DNA of 64,000 nt, from contig RPGP01000029.1 of assembly GCA_004193555.1 (NCBI GenBank), forward strand, positions 140,976 to 204,975, read 5' to 3'. Source of the stretch: Desulfobacteraceae bacterium Eth-SRB1 (GTDB taxonomy: Bacteria; Desulfobacterota; Desulfobacteria; Desulfobacterales; ETH-SRB1). Positions within the stretch are counted from its first letter, which is position 1, and each line of letters opens with the position of its first letter. The notes below the pieces were generated by a model. The model was not told the origin of the DNA. It worked only from the letters and a program-made list of their open reading frames with translations, and did not search any database. The position numbers and the translations under genes are program-made. Positions 35,793-46,635 of the stretch are shown here, in pieces.

Positions 35793-37205
35793 CTATATGT
35801 CAAAGTAAAGAAAGAATTCATGTGGATGCGGACGAAGTTTTACAGGATTTACTTCGTGTTCAGTCTTGTATTCAATCCACGTATCAATAACATCCTGAGT
35901 AAAAACATCACCTTTCAGCAGGAAAGCGTTGTCTTCTTTTAAGGCGGTAAGAGCCTCTTCGAGAGAGCCCGGAGCAGATGGTATATTGGCAAGCTCTTCC
36001 GGCGGAAGGCCGTATATGTCTTTGTCTAACGGTTCACCCGGATCAATCTTGTTTTCGATGCCGTCTAATACAGCCATAAGAATGGCTGAAAAGGCCAGGT
36101 AACCATTGCAGGATGGGTCAGGAGTTCTGAATTCAAGCCGCTTTGTTTTTGGCGATGCCGAATACATCGGGATACGGATTGCGGCGCTCCGGTTGCGGCT
36201 TGAGTAGGCCAGATTTACAGGCGCCTCAAAGCCTGGGACAAGCCGTTTATATGAGTTTGTAGTTGGATTCGTAAGCGCACAAAGCGCCCTGCAGTGTTTC
36301 AATATTCCTCCGATTCCGTAAAGAGCTTCCTGAGAAACCCCGGCATACTTATCACCTGCAAATAAGGGCTCTCCATCTTTCCATATGCTGATATGTGTAT
36401 GCATTCCGGTGCCGTTATCTTCAAAAAGAGGTTTCGGCATAAAGGTAACCGTGCGATTATCCCGTTGGGCCACATTTTTCAGCACATACTTAAACCACAT
36501 GAGCTGGTCACCCATTTGAACAAGCGGTTTAAAGCGCATATCAATCTCCGCCTGGCCGGCCGTTGCGACTTCGTGATGTTGACATTCAACATCTATCCCA
36601 AGTTTTTCAAGGGTAAGAAGCATTTCGGTTCGAAGATCCTGAAACTTGTCTGTCGGCGGAACAGGAAAGTATCCCTGTTTATGTCTGGGCTTATACCCTA
36701 AATTAGGAAATTCTTCCCTGCCGCTGTTCCAGATTCCTTCTACAGAATCAATTTCATAGAAGGATCCGTTTGTTGAGGAATCAAAACGGACATCATCGAA
36801 GATAAAAAATTCAGCTTCAGGACCGATGTATGCTGTGTCGCCAATTCCGCTGCCTTTCAGGTATAGTTCAGCCTTTTTAGCAATATAGCGCGGGTCGCGA
36901 GAATAAGGTTCACGAGTAAGCGGGTCGGCTATATCTCCGATAAGAACCAGAGTTGGAACCTCAAAAAATGGATCCATTTTTGCTGTTGAAGGGTCTGGTA
37001 TCACAAGCATGTCGCTGGCATGAATCGGCTGCCATCCCCTGATGCTTGAACCGTCAAACCCGAAACCGTCTTCAAAGCCGGCCTCATTGAGTTCGCATAT
37101 AGGCACGGTAAAATGCTGCCATACCCCCGGAAAGTCAAGAAATCGTAAATCAACAACCTTAGCCTCATTTTCTTTTGCCATTTCCAGTACCTGTTTTGGT
37201 GTCAT
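35793..37205 (-). CDS. glnA: Glutamine synthetase type I, copy 2
   Basis: Differs from copy 1 at 5 of 470 residues in the ORF-track translations. Confidence 0.93.
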   Translation of the reverse strand: MTPKQVLEMAKENEAKVVDLRFLDFPGVWQHFTVPICELNEAGFEDGFGFDGSSIRGWQPIHASDMLVIPDPSTAKMDPFFEVPTLVLIGDIADPLTREPYSRDPRYIAKKAELYLKGSGIGDTAYIGPEAEFFIFDDVRFDSSTNGSFYEIDSVEGIWNSGREEFPNLGYKPRHKQGYFPVPPTDKFQDLRTEMLLTLEKLGIDVECQHHEVATAGQAEIDMRFKPLVQMGDQLMWFKYVLKNVAQRDNRTVTFMPKPLFEDNGTGMHTHISIWKDGEPLFAGDKYAGVSQEALYGIGGILKHCRALCALTNPTTNSYKRLVPGFEAPVNLAYSSRNRSAAIRIPMYSASPKTKRLEFRTPDPSCNGYLAFSAILMAVLDGIENKIDPGEPLDKDIYGLPPEELANIPSAPGSLEEALTALKEDNAFLLKGDVFTQDVIDTWIEYKTEHEVNPVKLRPHPHEFFLYFDI

Positions 37206-37545
37206 GATAATTATTCTCCTTAAAGTATCGTCATAGTTTATGTCTTTCAAAAAGACTTTTTTGACAGGATTAACAGGATATTCACGATTAAAACATCAAA
37301 ACTCATCCTGTCAATCCTCATTAAAATTCTTTACTTTGCTTTTGATTTATGCACAACCAATGATCTTTCAATCAATTCTTTGTATTTCATTTTTACACCT
37401 TACCCAGATAATGATTTTTATGATTTACTGGATAGCTAAAGTAAGGCTTAATCTCGTTTGTTCACTTGAAACCTGTCTGCGTGCTACGCACAGGCAGACA
37501 AAATCTTGTTTATCCTGTGTTATCCTGTCTGATTTTTTTAAAGGG

Positions 37546-37908
<363 letters not shown>

Positions 37909-37988
37909 TCAAATTTGATACATTATATTAATTAGATATAGTAATCACCACGTGAAAAGTCCAGCTTTTAGTTTATTATAAATTACTT

Positions 37989-39287
37989 TTAAAATGTAAT
38001 CTCAAAACCCCTCTCACCATGTAGTGAACTGTCAAGACCTTTTATTTCATTTTCCAGCTCTACCCTGATGCCCCCGGTAATAAAACGTGTCACATACACC
38101 ACGATGAGCGTTCCGACCGCTGTAAAAGATGCGGTCGCAAGAATTGAAACAACCTGAATCCAAAGCTGTTTCGGGTTTCCATAAAACAGCCCTGCTGCTC
38201 CTTCGGTTATAGCAGGATTTGCAAAGAGACCTGTTGCAAGAGCGCCCCAAACTCCACACATTCCATGCACTCCGAATGCATCCAAAGAATCATCATAGCC
38301 CATTTTTTTCTTAACTATTGCAACACAGTAAAAACCGAAGATTCCTGCAATCAGCCCAATAATCAGGGAGGCGGGCAAATTTACAAATCCGGCTGCCGGG
38401 GTAATTGCAACCAGTCCGGCAACTACTCCGGATGCGATCCCCAAGACCGTCGGCTTCTTATTAACACACCATTCAGCAAACATCCATGAAAGCGCACCCA
38501 TTGCTGCAGAGGTATTTGTCGCTATGAATGCTGATCCGGCAACACCATCCGCAGCGAGTTGACTTCCGGCATTAAAGCCAAACCAGCCAAACCATAAGAG
38601 AGCCGCGCCAAGAGTGGTTAATGTAATACTTGAGGGAAACATTGCCTCCTTACCATAACCTGACCGTTTTCCAAGAACCAGGGCGAGCACAAGACCTGCT
38701 ACACCTGCATTTATATGCACAACAGTTCCACCTGCGAAATCAAGGGCGCCCATCTTTCCCATCCATCCTCCTCCCCATACCCAGTGGGCAATGGGGCAGT
38801 ATATAAAGGTAACCCATAGAGCTGCAAAGACAATCCATGAAGAAAATTTCATTCTGTCAACTATAGAACCGAGAACAAGCGCGACAGTAATGCAGGCAAA
38901 TGTCATCTGAAAAAGAACAAACACATAAGTTGGAATGGTTCCTGACAGGCTATTCACAGTAATTCCATTTAAAAACAGGTGGTTCAGCCCCCCTATAATG
39001 CCCGCATTATCCGTTCCAAAGGCAAATGTATATCCCCACATCATCCATATTACACTTGCTATGCAGTATGAGACAAAGGTCATTGCAATGGTATTGAGAA
39101 GGTTTTTATACCTTGACATTCCACCGTAAAAGAGAGCAAGACCGGCAGGCGTCATAACCATAACCAGAGCTGTTGCCACTATTATCCATGCAGTGTCGCC
39201 TGAATCCAAAACCTCTTTGCCGGCAAAAGCTGAGGAAAATGGTATAAGAGAAACACATGCAGATAGAATTAAACTTTTTAGTTTCAT
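37989..39287 (-). CDS. amtB: Ammonium transporter
   Basis: Signal peptide, 11-12 TM pattern, and DFAGGTVVHINAG, FGFNAGS and DDSLDAFGVHG motifs. Confidence 0.93.
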   Translation of the reverse strand: MKLKSLILSACVSLIPFSSAFAGKEVLDSGDTAWIIVATALVMVMTPAGLALFYGGMSRYKNLLNTIAMTFVSYCIASVIWMMWGYTFAFGTDNAGIIGGLNHLFLNGITVNSLSGTIPTYVFVLFQMTFACITVALVLGSIVDRMKFSSWIVFAALWVTFIYCPIAHWVWGGGWMGKMGALDFAGGTVVHINAGVAGLVLALVLGKRSGYGKEAMFPSSITLTTLGAALLWFGWFGFNAGSQLAADGVAGSAFIATNTSAAMGALSWMFAEWCVNKKPTVLGIASGVVAGLVAITPAAGFVNLPASLIIGLIAGIFGFYCVAIVKKKMGYDDSLDAFGVHGMCGVWGALATGLFANPAITEGAAGLFYGNPKQLWIQVVSILATASFTAVGTLIVVYVTRFITGGIRVELENEIKGLDSSLHGERGFEITF

Positions 39288-39301
39288 TTTTTTCCTACTT
39301 C

Positions 39302-39465
39302 CTTAGGGCTCGCTCAAAAATAACTTTACATTTTAAGCGCCGATACATCCCGTCTGGCTACGTTCCGAAAGCTCAGCAATATCTTGATATTCCTAATCTT
39401 TCGCGCCTTGCCGGCCAGGCGCCTCAACACTTAAAATTGCTAATTTATTTTTGAGCGAACCCTTA
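39302..39465. repeat. About 165-bp MITE-like palindromic element (cttaggg.tcg..caaaaataa termini)
   Basis: Terminal inverted repeats cttagggctcgctcaaaaataa / ttatttttgagcgaaccctta. Internally homologous, in inverted orientation, to 45782-45946. Confidence 0.75.
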
Positions 39466-39484
39466 TTTAAATATCAATTTAGGT

Positions 39485-42112
39485 TCAAGCTGCTTGCCGC
39501 TCTGTTTTTATTAGCATTTGTTTGATACCAGCCTTTATTTTAGCGATATGAGTGTCTGAATCCACCTTTTGTCCCTCAAAATCCCTGACATAAAATATGT
39601 CGACCACCTGATCAACCTTAGTAGTAATTTTAGCAACCCGGATATCGAGTCTGGAGTTGAAAAGAACATCTGTAATCCTGAAGAGAAGCCCTGGGAAATC
39701 ATAAGTGAACACCTCGATAATGGTAAAAAAACTGGAGCTCTTATTATCGACAACGATTCGATGCGGTCTTTTAGATATTAGATGTTTTACAGGTGGGTAA
39801 TCGGATATCCTTTTGTTAACCGCCTCCGCAAGATCAAGCTCTCCGGCAAGAGCGGATTTTAAATCTTTTTCCGTTTGATTCCATTTTTCATCTTCAAAAA
39901 TTAGATCAGCAGGCGACATAACTTCGAAAATATCAAGAGCAATATTATTTCGCCACGTGTAAATTTTAGCATCAAGAACATTTAGACTGTTTAAAGTAAA
40001 TACGCCTGCAATTTTTGAAAAGAGTCCCAGACGGTCTTTTGCACAGATTGTGACGGTTCTTGTGTTTGAATTGGGTGTTTTGGTTACTTTCCGAGTAAAA
40101 TCGGTGTCTTCTAAAGTTTTGTGCAGTCTGATATGTTCCAGTATGTCTTTTCCAGGCGTGTAAAGAAGGTATCTTGTCGACATGAAATTAATAAGTTTTT
40201 TTAGATTTTGTCTGTCATGCAGCGATATTGCAGCCAAAATCTTTTTCTTTTTTTCTTCAACAAGCCGGACGGCTTCTTGAGTCGCCAGTTCTCCTTTTTC
40301 AAGAATGCGAAAAACTTTAAGAAATAAACCCCTTAAAAGATCTGCGGTCCAGCTCGACCATGCCTTTGGCCCTGTGGCCATGGAGTCTGCAACAGTCAGG
40401 AGGTAGAGCATTTTTAACCGCTCAATATCCTTTATCTCTCTGGCACAGGAAACAGCGGTTGACTCATCATTAAGATCCCTTCTTGATGCGGTTTTTATCA
40501 GAAGCAGATGCTTTTCAACTAAAAAAGATATAGTATCGATATCGTTTTGCTTAAGCCTTTTTTTTGCAAGCAACCGTCGAACGATCTCTCCGCCTTTCTG
40601 CGCGTGGCTTTTACCAGGCTTGCCTTTGCCAATATCATGAAGAATGGCCGCCCAGAGCAGCAATTTCCGGTTGGAAAGCTCTTTATACAGATTACCGCAC
40701 AGGCTGTCGTTTGAGCGGTCTTCTGAGGTGCCGAAATTTTTTATTGTTTGAACAGTGCGCAGCAAATGCTTATCCACAGGATAGATGTGATATTCGTCGT
40801 ACTGGATTCTATTAACTATTGCTTTAATTTCCGGAATAAATTTTGCCAGAAAGCCGGTATTTATCATTTCATTCAGCACATTGAATGTCGGGGCATGAGT
40901 AACCAGGATTTTTTCAAATGATTTAACTGCGGAAGCGGAGGTTCTGAAATCCTCGTTAACCATATGGGTAAATTCTTTTACAAGCCTTTTAGCCTCCATA
41001 CTTAAAGGCATTTCAAGGCGTGCGCTTTCTTCAAATATCTTTATCAAAAGAGCCGGAGACTTAAGGATTTCCTCGGAAGAAGTAAAGTTAAGCATATCCC
41101 TTTGTACTTCCAGACCGTTTATGCCGGTTGATTTTGCAACCTTTCTTTTTATATGAAAGCCTTTTTTTGCAGTCTCATGTTCGTAAAGAAACATAAGATT
41201 TTGCTGTTTAATAAATTCCATTTCGCCGTGCAGCTTTCCCAGGAATCTTTCAACAGGTTGCAGAGCCTCTTTTTTGTTGAACTTCAGAGAGCCGGCAAGT
41301 TTCGGCTGATACTCAAAGTATAATTGATCACATTTTTTTCCGGTCATGTGATGCAAGTAATTTCTTACATCCCATATAAAGGAAAGGGCTTTTGTCATGG
41401 TTTGAAACTCGTTTTGTGAAAGACAACCGAAATATTCAAGGTCTCTGGGCTCCTTTAAGTTGTATTTTGTCCGAGCGATCCAAAGCATTGTGTGGTAATC
41501 CCTTAACCCTCCCTGACCTTCTTTTAAATTTGGTTCAAGAAGATACGTAGAGTCTCCAAAACGCTGATGGCGGTTCCTGCTATTTTCGATGAGACATAGA
41601 ATAATTTTATTGGCCTGTTTTAGGATGACTTTTTTACGAAGTTGTTCCATAAGCTCTGAATATAGAAGGGATATTCCGCATATATAACGGGCGTCCAGAA
41701 TGGAAGTCAGCACTTCTAAGTCCTCGCCCGCCAATTTTACCGACTCCTTAAGCGATCTGGTAGCATATCCGATATCGAGACCGATATCCCAGAGGGGGTA
41801 GAGAATTTCACGGATAAGATCGTCGGTTTTGTCAGGAATCCTTTTTTTGAAAAGAAAAAGAAGGTCAACATCTGAATGGACGCACTGTTCCTTCCTTCCG
41901 TAACCACCAACAGCAATGATGGCATAGGGGTTCTTATTTATTTCCATACTGGGTCCGACCATGCTTTTTTCAAAACTTTCACAGAAATAATCGTCTAAAA
42001 TCTGAGCATGATTTTCTAAGAAATCAGGCTCCTTTCCTTTTAAGAGGCTTGAGATAAGCCTTTCTCTTTTTTCTTTGAGCCTCTTTGAGGCATGTTCGTA
42101 TTTATTTTGCAT
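39485..42112 (-). CDS. glnD: [Protein-PII] uridylyltransferase/uridylyl-removing enzyme
   Basis: NT domain (GGYGRKEQCVHSDVDLLFL), HD domain (LLWAAILHDIGKG) and two C-terminal ACT domains. Confidence 0.9.
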   Translation of the reverse strand: MQNKYEHASKRLKEKRERLISSLLKGKEPDFLENHAQILDDYFCESFEKSMVGPSMEINKNPYAIIAVGGYGRKEQCVHSDVDLLFLFKKRIPDKTDDLIREILYPLWDIGLDIGYATRSLKESVKLAGEDLEVLTSILDARYICGISLLYSELMEQLRKKVILKQANKIILCLIENSRNRHQRFGDSTYLLEPNLKEGQGGLRDYHTMLWIARTKYNLKEPRDLEYFGCLSQNEFQTMTKALSFIWDVRNYLHHMTGKKCDQLYFEYQPKLAGSLKFNKKEALQPVERFLGKLHGEMEFIKQQNLMFLYEHETAKKGFHIKRKVAKSTGINGLEVQRDMLNFTSSEEILKSPALLIKIFEESARLEMPLSMEAKRLVKEFTHMVNEDFRTSASAVKSFEKILVTHAPTFNVLNEMINTGFLAKFIPEIKAIVNRIQYDEYHIYPVDKHLLRTVQTIKNFGTSEDRSNDSLCGNLYKELSNRKLLLWAAILHDIGKGKPGKSHAQKGGEIVRRLLAKKRLKQNDIDTISFLVEKHLLLIKTASRRDLNDESTAVSCAREIKDIERLKMLYLLTVADSMATGPKAWSSWTADLLRGLFLKVFRILEKGELATQEAVRLVEEKKKKILAAISLHDRQNLKKLINFMSTRYLLYTPGKDILEHIRLHKTLEDTDFTRKVTKTPNSNTRTVTICAKDRLGLFSKIAGVFTLNSLNVLDAKIYTWRNNIALDIFEVMSPADLIFEDEKWNQTEKDLKSALAGELDLAEAVNKRISDYPPVKHLISKRPHRIVVDNKSSSFFTIIEVFTYDFPGLLFRITDVLFNSRLDIRVAKITTKVDQVVDIFYVRDFEGQKVDSDTHIAKIKAGIKQMLIKTERQAA

Positions 42113-42162
42113 GGCAGATTTGTAAATCTTATTTAGTTTGTAATATAATATGAGAATGAATC

Positions 42163-42178
42163 AGCAATAGATATGCCA
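42163..42178 (-). promoter_or_regulatory. Canonical sigma54 promoter TGGCAT-atcta-TTGCT about 50 nt upstream of the glnD ATG
   Basis: Reverse complement of agcaatagatatgcca. Confidence 0.65.
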
Positions 42179-42199
42179 AAAAATATATTTGAGTTAAAA

Positions 42200-42379
42200 C
42201 TAAGTTGAGCGATTTTTTGCGAAGATATGCGCTGAGATCTTGATGCATAAGGATTTGCAGGTAAGCGAGTTTACGAACTCCGAAAACCGCAGGTCCGCCT
42301 GAGGCGGATCGAGGATTTTTGCGAAGCCTTTATGCGCAAGAGATCGGCGCAGATCGAGTAAAAAATCGCTCAATTTAGG
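42200..42379. repeat. Long imperfect palindromic element in the glnD / nifA-like divergent spacer
   Basis: ctaagttgagcgattttttgcgaag ... cgagtaaaaaatcgctcaatttagg. Inner arms gcgctgagatcttgatgcataagg / cctttatgcgcaagagatcggcgc. Confidence 0.7.
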
Positions 42380-42635
42380 TTATATTAATTAGATATGCGT
42401 ATCAAGGTCTGAGGGTTAAATAGAAAAGTCACAAATATGTAATATGTAAATGTAATAATTTACAAGTTTGTAATTTTGATTGCTCAATTCAGGTTAAAAC
42501 CAGCACCGAGAATTACTTTTTAATAATTTGACACAGGTTATCAATATCGGTATTAATTAAATTCAATTTCAGACTTATAAGCGTGCATCGGCTCAAGGCG
42601 ATGCCTTTTTCCCCACACAAAATATTCAGGTTGGC

Positions 42636-44159
42636 ATGAAACGTATAGAAGAAGTTACTCTGCTTTATGAAATCAGCAAGGCTTTAAACAAGCATTTTGA
42701 TCTTAGAAAGAGCTTGTATGATGTTTTGGATATTCTGTCCAGTTCAATGGAGATGGTACGCGGTACAATTACGATATTACACCCTTTGCGGAATGAAATT
42801 TTTATAGAAGTGGCGCACGATCTTTCCAAAAGCACTATTAAAAGAGTGAAATACAAACTGGGTGAGGGGGTTACCGGCAAAGTAATTCAAACCGGCAGGG
42901 CGGTTGCGATTCCGAAAATCGGTGAGGAACCTCTGTTTCTTAATCGCACGGCCTCCAGAAAAAGCAGAAAGGATCGGGGATTTTCCTTTATATGTGTGCC
43001 GGTAATGAAGGGAAGCAAGGTGATTGGAGCAATAAGCGTTGATAAATCCTTTGACGAATCTTATTCTTTAAAGGAAGGGAAAAAGCTCATGTCTGTTGTT
43101 GCGACCATGGTTGCAAGGCATGTTATCAATCTGGAAACAATCCGCCTTGAAGAGGAGCGATTAAGAGAAGAAAACCAGAGGCTTAGAAACGAACTGGGGA
43201 ATAAATATTGTATTACCGGTATCATAGGTAACAGCAACAAGATGCGGGAAGTCTTTCAAATGATATCCCAGGTTTCCAGAAGCAATGCCACAGTGCTTAT
43301 TCGTGGAGAGAGCGGAACAGGCAAAGAGCTGGTGGCGAACTCAATACATTATAACAGCCTGAGGGCAAAGAGAGCCTGCGTTAAAGTAAATTGCGCGGCG
43401 CTTCCTTCACACCTCATAGAAAGCGAACTGTTTGGGCATGAAAAGGGTGCGTTTACCGGCGCCATAAACCAAAAGTTAGGAAAATTTGAGCTGGCTAATA
43501 AGGGAACGATATTCCTTGATGAAATTGGTTCTGTTGGTCTTGACGTTCAGACAAAACTCCTTCGCGTTTTGCAGGAAAAGGAGTTTGAACGTGTAGGCGG
43601 TCTGAGAACCATTAAGACCGATGTTCGAGTAATTGCTGCAACCAACAAGAATCTTGAACAGGGAGTAGAGGAAGAAACCTTCAGGGGCGATTTGTATTAT
43701 CGTTTGAATGTTTTTCCGATATACTTGCCTCCACTGAGAGAACGCAAGACAGATATTTTACTTTTGGCCGATCATTTTCTTGAAAGATATGCAAAGGAAA
43801 ACAGCAAGGATATCCGGCGATTTTCAACACCTGCCATAGACATGCTTATGGATTACCACTGGCCGGGAAATGTCAGAGAACTGGAAAACTGTATAGAGCG
43901 GGCGGTTATTTTGTGTGAAGAGGGTGTGATTCACAGCTACCATCTTCCTCCCACACTGCAGACAGGTGTGGAATCGGGTACTTTGCTTGCGCTGTCCCTG
44001 GAAGAAGCGGTGGAAAACCTGGAAAGGGATATGATAATTGATGCCCTTAAAAATGCCAGGGGGAACAGCGCAAGGGCGGCAAAAATACTAAATACAACTC
44101 CCCGTAAATTCAGCTATAAGGCACAAACGTATGGCATTGACTACCATAAATTTCGTTAA
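42636..44159 (+). CDS. nifA: GAF + sigma54-interaction (AAA+) + Fis-type HTH enhancer-binding protein, NifA-like
   Basis: [13 protein letters not shown]-terminus; [26 protein letters not shown]; C-terminal [21 protein letters not shown]. Confidence 0.8.
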   Translation: MKRIEEVTLLYEISKALNKHFDLRKSLYDVLDILSSSMEMVRGTITILHPLRNEIFIEVAHDLSKSTIKRVKYKLGEGVTGKVIQTGRAVAIPKIGEEPLFLNRTASRKSRKDRGFSFICVPVMKGSKVIGAISVDKSFDESYSLKEGKKLMSVVATMVARHVINLETIRLEEERLREENQRLRNELGNKYCITGIIGNSNKMREVFQMISQVSRSNATVLIRGESGTGKELVANSIHYNSLRAKRACVKVNCAALPSHLIESELFGHEKGAFTGAINQKLGKFELANKGTIFLDEIGSVGLDVQTKLLRVLQEKEFERVGGLRTIKTDVRVIAATNKNLEQGVEEETFRGDLYYRLNVFPIYLPPLRERKTDILLLADHFLERYAKENSKDIRRFSTPAIDMLMDYHWPGNVRELENCIERAVILCEEGVIHSYHLPPTLQTGVESGTLLALSLEEAVENLERDMIIDALKNARGNSARAAKILNTTPRKFSYKAQTYGIDYHKFR

Positions 44160-44285
44160 ATTTGATGGCCTTTCGAGCTATAAATACAATTTCGTAAAAA
44201 ATATAGCAAATAATAACGGAAATGTAGTTTTATATCCTGCTTTTTTCACACCAGCGCAGTCATGCCTTAAAAACTTTTAGTCTAA

Positions 44286-44915
44286 AATAGAAACCTTGGC
44301 CCTCAGGGCCAGGTCAGAGTGCAGAGGCTTTGCCATCTGTACGACTCAATGTTACTCAATGGTCAAGTTGTCCCCACAACTTTCAACCAAGGAGTAACAA
44401 ATGAGCCGATTTAGGAAATTAACACAAACTATCTGGCATTGCCAATATGATATTGTCTGGGTTCCTAAATATCGTTTTCGGATATTAAGCGGAGCGGTAG
44501 CCATAGAAGTTGGTAACTGTATCAGGGCTTTTTCTGAACAGAAAGAATGCGAAATTGTAGAGTTGAATGTTCAGATTGATCATGTACACCTGCTTGTAAT
44601 GGTTCCGCCTAAAATATCGATATCTGATTATGTTGGGATGATAAAAGGTAGAACGGCAATTCGAGTGTTTAATAAGTTCAAAAAGTTAAAGACCAAGCCG
44701 TATTGGGGTAACAAGTTTTGGTCAAGAGGTTACTGTGTTGATACAGTAGGTTTGGATTCGGATATGATCCGAAAATACGTAAAATATCAGGAAAAGAAAG
44801 AGAAAAAAACAGACCAACGGAATTTGTTTGATTAACAGAAAAACGGGGGCAAGGTATACTTATCCCCTTTCAGGGGTAACCCAAAGCCTGGCCCTTTGGG
44901 CCAGGCTTCTTTACT
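44286..44915 (+). mobile_element. IS200-type (IS200/IS605 family, tnpA only) insertion
   Basis: Subterminal hairpins ggccctcagggcc (about 44298) and cctggccctttgggccagg (about 44888) flank a Y1 transposase gene. Ends are approximate. Confidence 0.75.
44401..44835 (+). CDS. tnpA: IS200/IS605-family Y1 (HUH) transposase TnpA
   Basis: IVWVPKYRF, DHVHLLV (HUH) and the catalytic Tyr region YVKYQ. Confidence 0.9.
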   Translation: MSRFRKLTQTIWHCQYDIVWVPKYRFRILSGAVAIEVGNCIRAFSEQKECEIVELNVQIDHVHLLVMVPPKISISDYVGMIKGRTAIRVFNKFKKLKTKPYWGNKFWSRGYCVDTVGLDSDMIRKYVKYQEKKEKKTDQRNLFD

Positions 44916-45768
44916 CTTAAATGACCTGTCCTGAAGGGACATGACCTGGGCATCCATGATCGCTTCATCTTGCCCGGACATATCTTTTACGCGTCTGGCA
45001 AGAGCTACGATTTCTTCCTGAGAGCGTGCAAACGCGGCTTCAAGCCTGCTGATTTCAGATACTATATCCTCTGCCTCATCATATTCTATCTGGTCAAAGC
45101 CGATACTTTCTCCGAGAGAGTGCGCATGACCTTCGGCGACACCGGGCGACACAGGCAGGCCTCTAATCAGCCCCCTTTTTCCCTTTTTCGCTGTTTTTTC
45201 AGCGTGTATTTCCACTTCTTCCAGCAGCTTTTCCTCTAAGTCTCGCCTATCCTGCCGCTCCTTTTTCAGGTTTTCAAGAAGACCGGTATAGGCTACCGTT
45301 GCAGAAATTTGGCTGGCTATGGTTGAAAACAGGCCGATGTCTGATTTGGTGACAGCGTCTTCGCGCACGGTTTGAACAACGAGTACGCCGAGCGGATTCC
45401 GGAGATGGACCAGGGGGACACCCAAATATGTGCTGTAGATCTCTTCGCCGCTTTTTTCGAAAAACTTGTATCTGGGATGTGTAGCCGGATTTACAACAAA
45501 CACAGGCTGCATTTTTTTCTAAAACGAGCCCGGTGAGTCCCTCATGGACGCTCATTCGGACTCTGCCTATCGATTCTTTACGCAACCCCACGGTTGCTTG
45601 GAGAATAAGAGAGAGCTTATCCGTATCCAGAAGATATACGGAACATACATCTGTATTAAATTTGTCGGCAACAAGTTCGACAATTTTTTCCAGCGTTCTG
45701 TGCGGCCGGGCAGACTCGGTTATTATCCTCCCGATTTCCTCCAGTATGCTTATCTTATCTCTTTCCAT
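44916..45768 (-). pseudogene. ptsP: ptsP (EI-Ntr) N-terminal remnant: GAF domain plus start of the PEP-utilizer domain, frameshifted and 3'-truncated
   Basis: MERDKISILEEIGRIITES...VHEGLTGLVLEK continues in another frame as MQPVFVVNPATHPRYKFFEKSGEEIYSTYLGVPL. The shift is at an A7/T7 run (45512-45518). The coding sequence ends in the IS right-end hairpin. Confidence 0.75.
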
Positions 45769-45781
45769 TTTTGGCTCACTC

Positions 45782-45946
45782 CTTAGGGTTCGGCAAAAAA
45801 TAAGTTCGCAATTTCAGGTGTTGAGGCACTCGGCTGACAAGGCGCGAAAAAGCATGAATATCAAGCATATTCAGAATTTTCGCAACGCAGTCAGGCGGGA
45901 TGCATCGGCGCCTGAAATGTAAAGTTATTTTTTGTCGAGCCCTTAG
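45782..45946. repeat. Second copy of the about 165-bp MITE-like element
   Basis: cttagggttcggcaaaaaataa ... ttattttttgtcgagcccttag. Confidence 0.75.
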
Positions 45947-46635
45947 TATTGATAAACCGAGCGCATCCCTTGATCGCTCACTATCAGCAAATAAGAAAGT
46001 TTTATTATATATATCATACCAAATTCCTCAAGAAACATACAGCAATTCTAATTATGGCATTTTTTTCTTTTATCCGCCAAAGCCCTCTGGCGGATGTTAT
46101 TCTTCAAAATTAGAATTGCTGAATGGGCAATAGGGACATCAACTATTAAACTTAGCGGGGAGCTGGGACGGCTATTATGATCTTTTTGCGATCAGCAAGG
46201 TTCTTCCGACGGTTCCTAAAATACGTTTGTCCTGCATTTTCTGCACCCCTGTCTGCGTGCACCGCACAGGCAGGTGGTTTCCGCTCAGGCGAGGCGGGCG
46301 GGCAAGCGCAAGATCCATGTGGTAATGCCTTGCAATATAATCCATGTCATGACCTTGGGAGAGCAAATTACCAATTTCACTAAAATTGGTATTATTGGTA
46401 ATTTGAGAGATTCTTTTCAATGGTCAATGGGGGTTGGGCCACGCTATGTTCAGGACTCCCCAACCTTTCGGCCCTTTGCCCGAATACCTGCACGCCAGTG
46501 CCAGGCTTTGGCAGGCGGGCCGTTTTGTTCTTGCCATTTGCCCGTGCTCTTGGCCATAAAAATGGCCAGTTAAAGCTTTATTTAACACAAGATTTTAACG
46601 ATGTTGCTGTGGCCCGACCCCCATTCAGACCCCGC

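Noticed and set aside
46175-46420. An 81-aa minus-strand ORF (and overlapping plus-strand ORFs 46177-46710) downstream of the AAA+ gene.
   Set aside because: It is largely composed of dispersed repeat sequence (ctgtctgcgtgcaccgcacaggcag etc.). It has no RBS or recognisable family, so its coding status is doubtful.
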